Assembly: GCF_006345805.1 (NCBI RefSeq)
Contig: NC_043023.1
Location: 19,716,001 to 19,780,000 of the forward strand
From: Octopus sinensis
Taxonomy: Eukaryota
Reading direction: 5' to 3'
DNA: 64,000 nt
Shown here: positions 62,356 through 64,000 of the stretch, one piece after another
How positions within the stretch are numbered: position 1 is the first letter of the stretch
Layout of the letters: every line of letters starts with the position of its first letter
Notes under the pieces: model-generated
Databases searched by the model: none
What the model was told of the DNA's origin: nothing
The model's input: the letters and a program-made list of their open reading frames with translations, nothing else
Translations under genes and position numbers: made by a program

Positions 62356-62494
62356 CGTTGTCATGACTCCGTTGTGCTGTGGCATCTACAAACTCCGTGA
62401 TGGGCCAAGAGTAGCTGGTCAACAGAGAGTCGGTAACACAGTCAATCAAGTGTCGAAGGATGGAGTTGTAGAAGTCAATGATGACATCTGGGGG
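62356..62494 (-). CDS. MCM3AP: GANP-like exon (PPDVIIDFYNSILRHLIDCVTDSLLTSYSWPITEFVDATAQRSHDN)
   Basis: CTCCTCTCAG acceptor, ACG|GTGAGT donor, phase 0/1; resembles human AIIELFNSVL..DLSWPVTEF as recalled. Confidence 0.9.
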
Positions 62495-62872
62495 CTGAGA
62501 GGAGAGAGAGAGAGAGAGGCCTTAGATGAAACGTTCACAGAAAACTAGAAAGAGAGATATTGAGGTGAATTGGTTCACACGTTAACATATAGACACACAT
62601 AAACAACTACACATGTTAACCAACACACACACACAATTGAAAGGCCACATACATAGATATAGGCAAACACACACACACACAGAATAACACCTGCATTCAC
62701 ACATACAGTCACAAACTTAGATGCATATATACACACTGAGACAGTTTCACACAAATACATAGAGACACATACAATCACAGTCACACATTTTCACCCACAC
62801 AATCACTCCCACAAACGCACACACATACACAGTCACGCCCACACACGGCCCTAAATGAAGAAGAGTCCTTAC

Positions 62873-63034
62873 CTGCTGCAGGTAACCCTCGGCAGAGCGC
62901 AGTCCTCTGTTATACAGCAGAGGACCATAAAACTGAGAAGCGAGGAAGTCCTCAAGAAAATCCTTCAGGTATTTCTTGTCCAGATTTGGTTGAGAAGGGA
63001 GGTGGGTGGCCAACCACCTGAGACAGTTGGAGAG
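62873..63034 (-). CDS. MCM3AP: GANP-like exon (LSNCLRWLATHLPSQPNLDKKYLKDFLEDFLASQFYGPLLYNRGLRSAEGYLQQ)
   Basis: TTCCTTTGCAG acceptor, CAG|GTAAGG donor, 54 codons, phase 0/0; resembles human AVQWLVSHCP..YVEDGI as recalled. Confidence 0.87.
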
Positions 63035-63103
63035 CTGCAAAGGAACAGAGGTAGGCATGGTGTATCTAGGACTACATTATCTAATGTACAGTAGTTAGTA
63101 TTA

Positions 63104-63510
63104 GGCGCAGGAGTGGCTGTGTGATAAGTAGCTTGCTTACCAACCACATGGTTCCGGGTTCAGTCCCACTGCGTGGCACCTTGGGCAAGTGTCTTCTGCT
63201 ATAGCCCTGGGCCGACCAATGCCTTGTGAGTGGATTTGGTAGACGGAAACTGAAAGAAGCCTGTCGTATATATGTATTTATATATATGTGTGTGTGTCTA
63301 TGTTTGTGTGTCTGTGTTTGTCCCCCTAGCATTGCTTGACAACCGATGCTGGTGTGTTTACGTCCCCGTCACTTAGCGGTTCAGCAAAAGAGACCGATAG
63401 AATAAGTACTGGGCTTACAAAGAATAAGTCCCGGGGTCGATTTGCTCGACTAAAGGCGGTGCTCCAGCATGGCCGCAGTCAAATGACTGAAACAAGTAAG
63501 AGTAAAAAGA
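63104..63510 (+). mobile_element. Bipartite tRNA SINE
   Basis: Family motifs present. Confidence 0.78.
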
Positions 63511-63700
63511 GTGTCTATAATGGTTATTTTATCCCCAGTTCAGTCATGTATGTTTCCAGCCTTCGAGAGGGAGACTTAGCTGCTCTTTCTAGCACCAGGT
63601 AGAAGGACACTGCTATGCCAGCTACCGACCAAGTAGAGGCACACTTGATCACCAACGCCGTCCCCCCCACCACACACACATCGTTACCATAGCAACTTAC

Positions 63701-63874
63701 TTGCTGTTGCCATGGTTCTTTGCATTCACTTTGCGTTTTTAAGGGGGAAAGAAATTCATCAACCCAAGACAGATGGAGTTTATTTTTTATTTCATGGGAG
63801 TAGGAGAGCAGTTCAGTGGGGGTGGTATATGTGGGGGTGGGGTGGGGGCAGTGGTAATGGTGGAGGCCAATGAT
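63701..63874 (-). CDS. MCM3AP: Possible further GANP exon ending ...HEIKNKLHLSWVDEFLSPLKTQSECKEPWQQQ; 5' boundary unresolved
   Basis: CAA|GTAAGT donor in phase 0 and an open frame, but no convincing acceptor. Confidence 0.35.
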
Positions 63875-63947
63875 GATGATGATGATGATGATGACTAATC
63901 TTCTCAGTCATTTGTTAGTAAACAGTTTGATATATAAACAGATACTA

Positions 63948-63988
<41 letters not shown>

Positions 63989-64000
63989 TATATATAGGCA

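Noticed and set aside
10114-63602. Recurrent small ORFs such as MSSNARGTNTDT.., MLGGQTQTHK.. and MTTDAGVFTS..
   Set aside because: Chance frames within multicopy SINEs.

Overview
This is eukaryotic, repeat-saturated DNA. The SINE and LINE content points to a cephalopod, probably Octopus (inference; no search run). Two spliced genes lie on the minus strand. (1) The 3' part of a GANP/MCM3AP (SAC3 family) gene has six phase-consistent exons from 63034 down to the stop at 50841. (2) A LIN54/tesmin-type CXC gene has eight phase-consistent exons from the ATG at 34386 to 219 and continues beyond the window start. The remainder is tRNA-derived SINEs (one with a Nin/Deu-like core), RTE, CR1, Tx1, R4-like and Penelope fragments, Helitron-type elements, nested GG-terminal 8-bp-TSD DNA transposons, several satellites and a 100-N gap. 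Main leads: a type I hammerhead ribozyme fold at 55646-55742; a Penelope remnant whose inverted terminal repeats carry a tRNA-like segment and decayed hammerhead cores; a 20/21-nt inverted repeat bracketing Tx1 ORF2; a CDE/CHR element beside the LIN54 start codon; a SINE-derived 121-bp satellite placing about 50 sense AATAAA and branch-point motifs just before the LIN54 DNA-binding exons; and a candidate alternative first exon. All calls were made by eye. Repeat boundaries are approximate unless a TSD is quoted. Almost all long ORFs in the supplied track are repeat artefacts.
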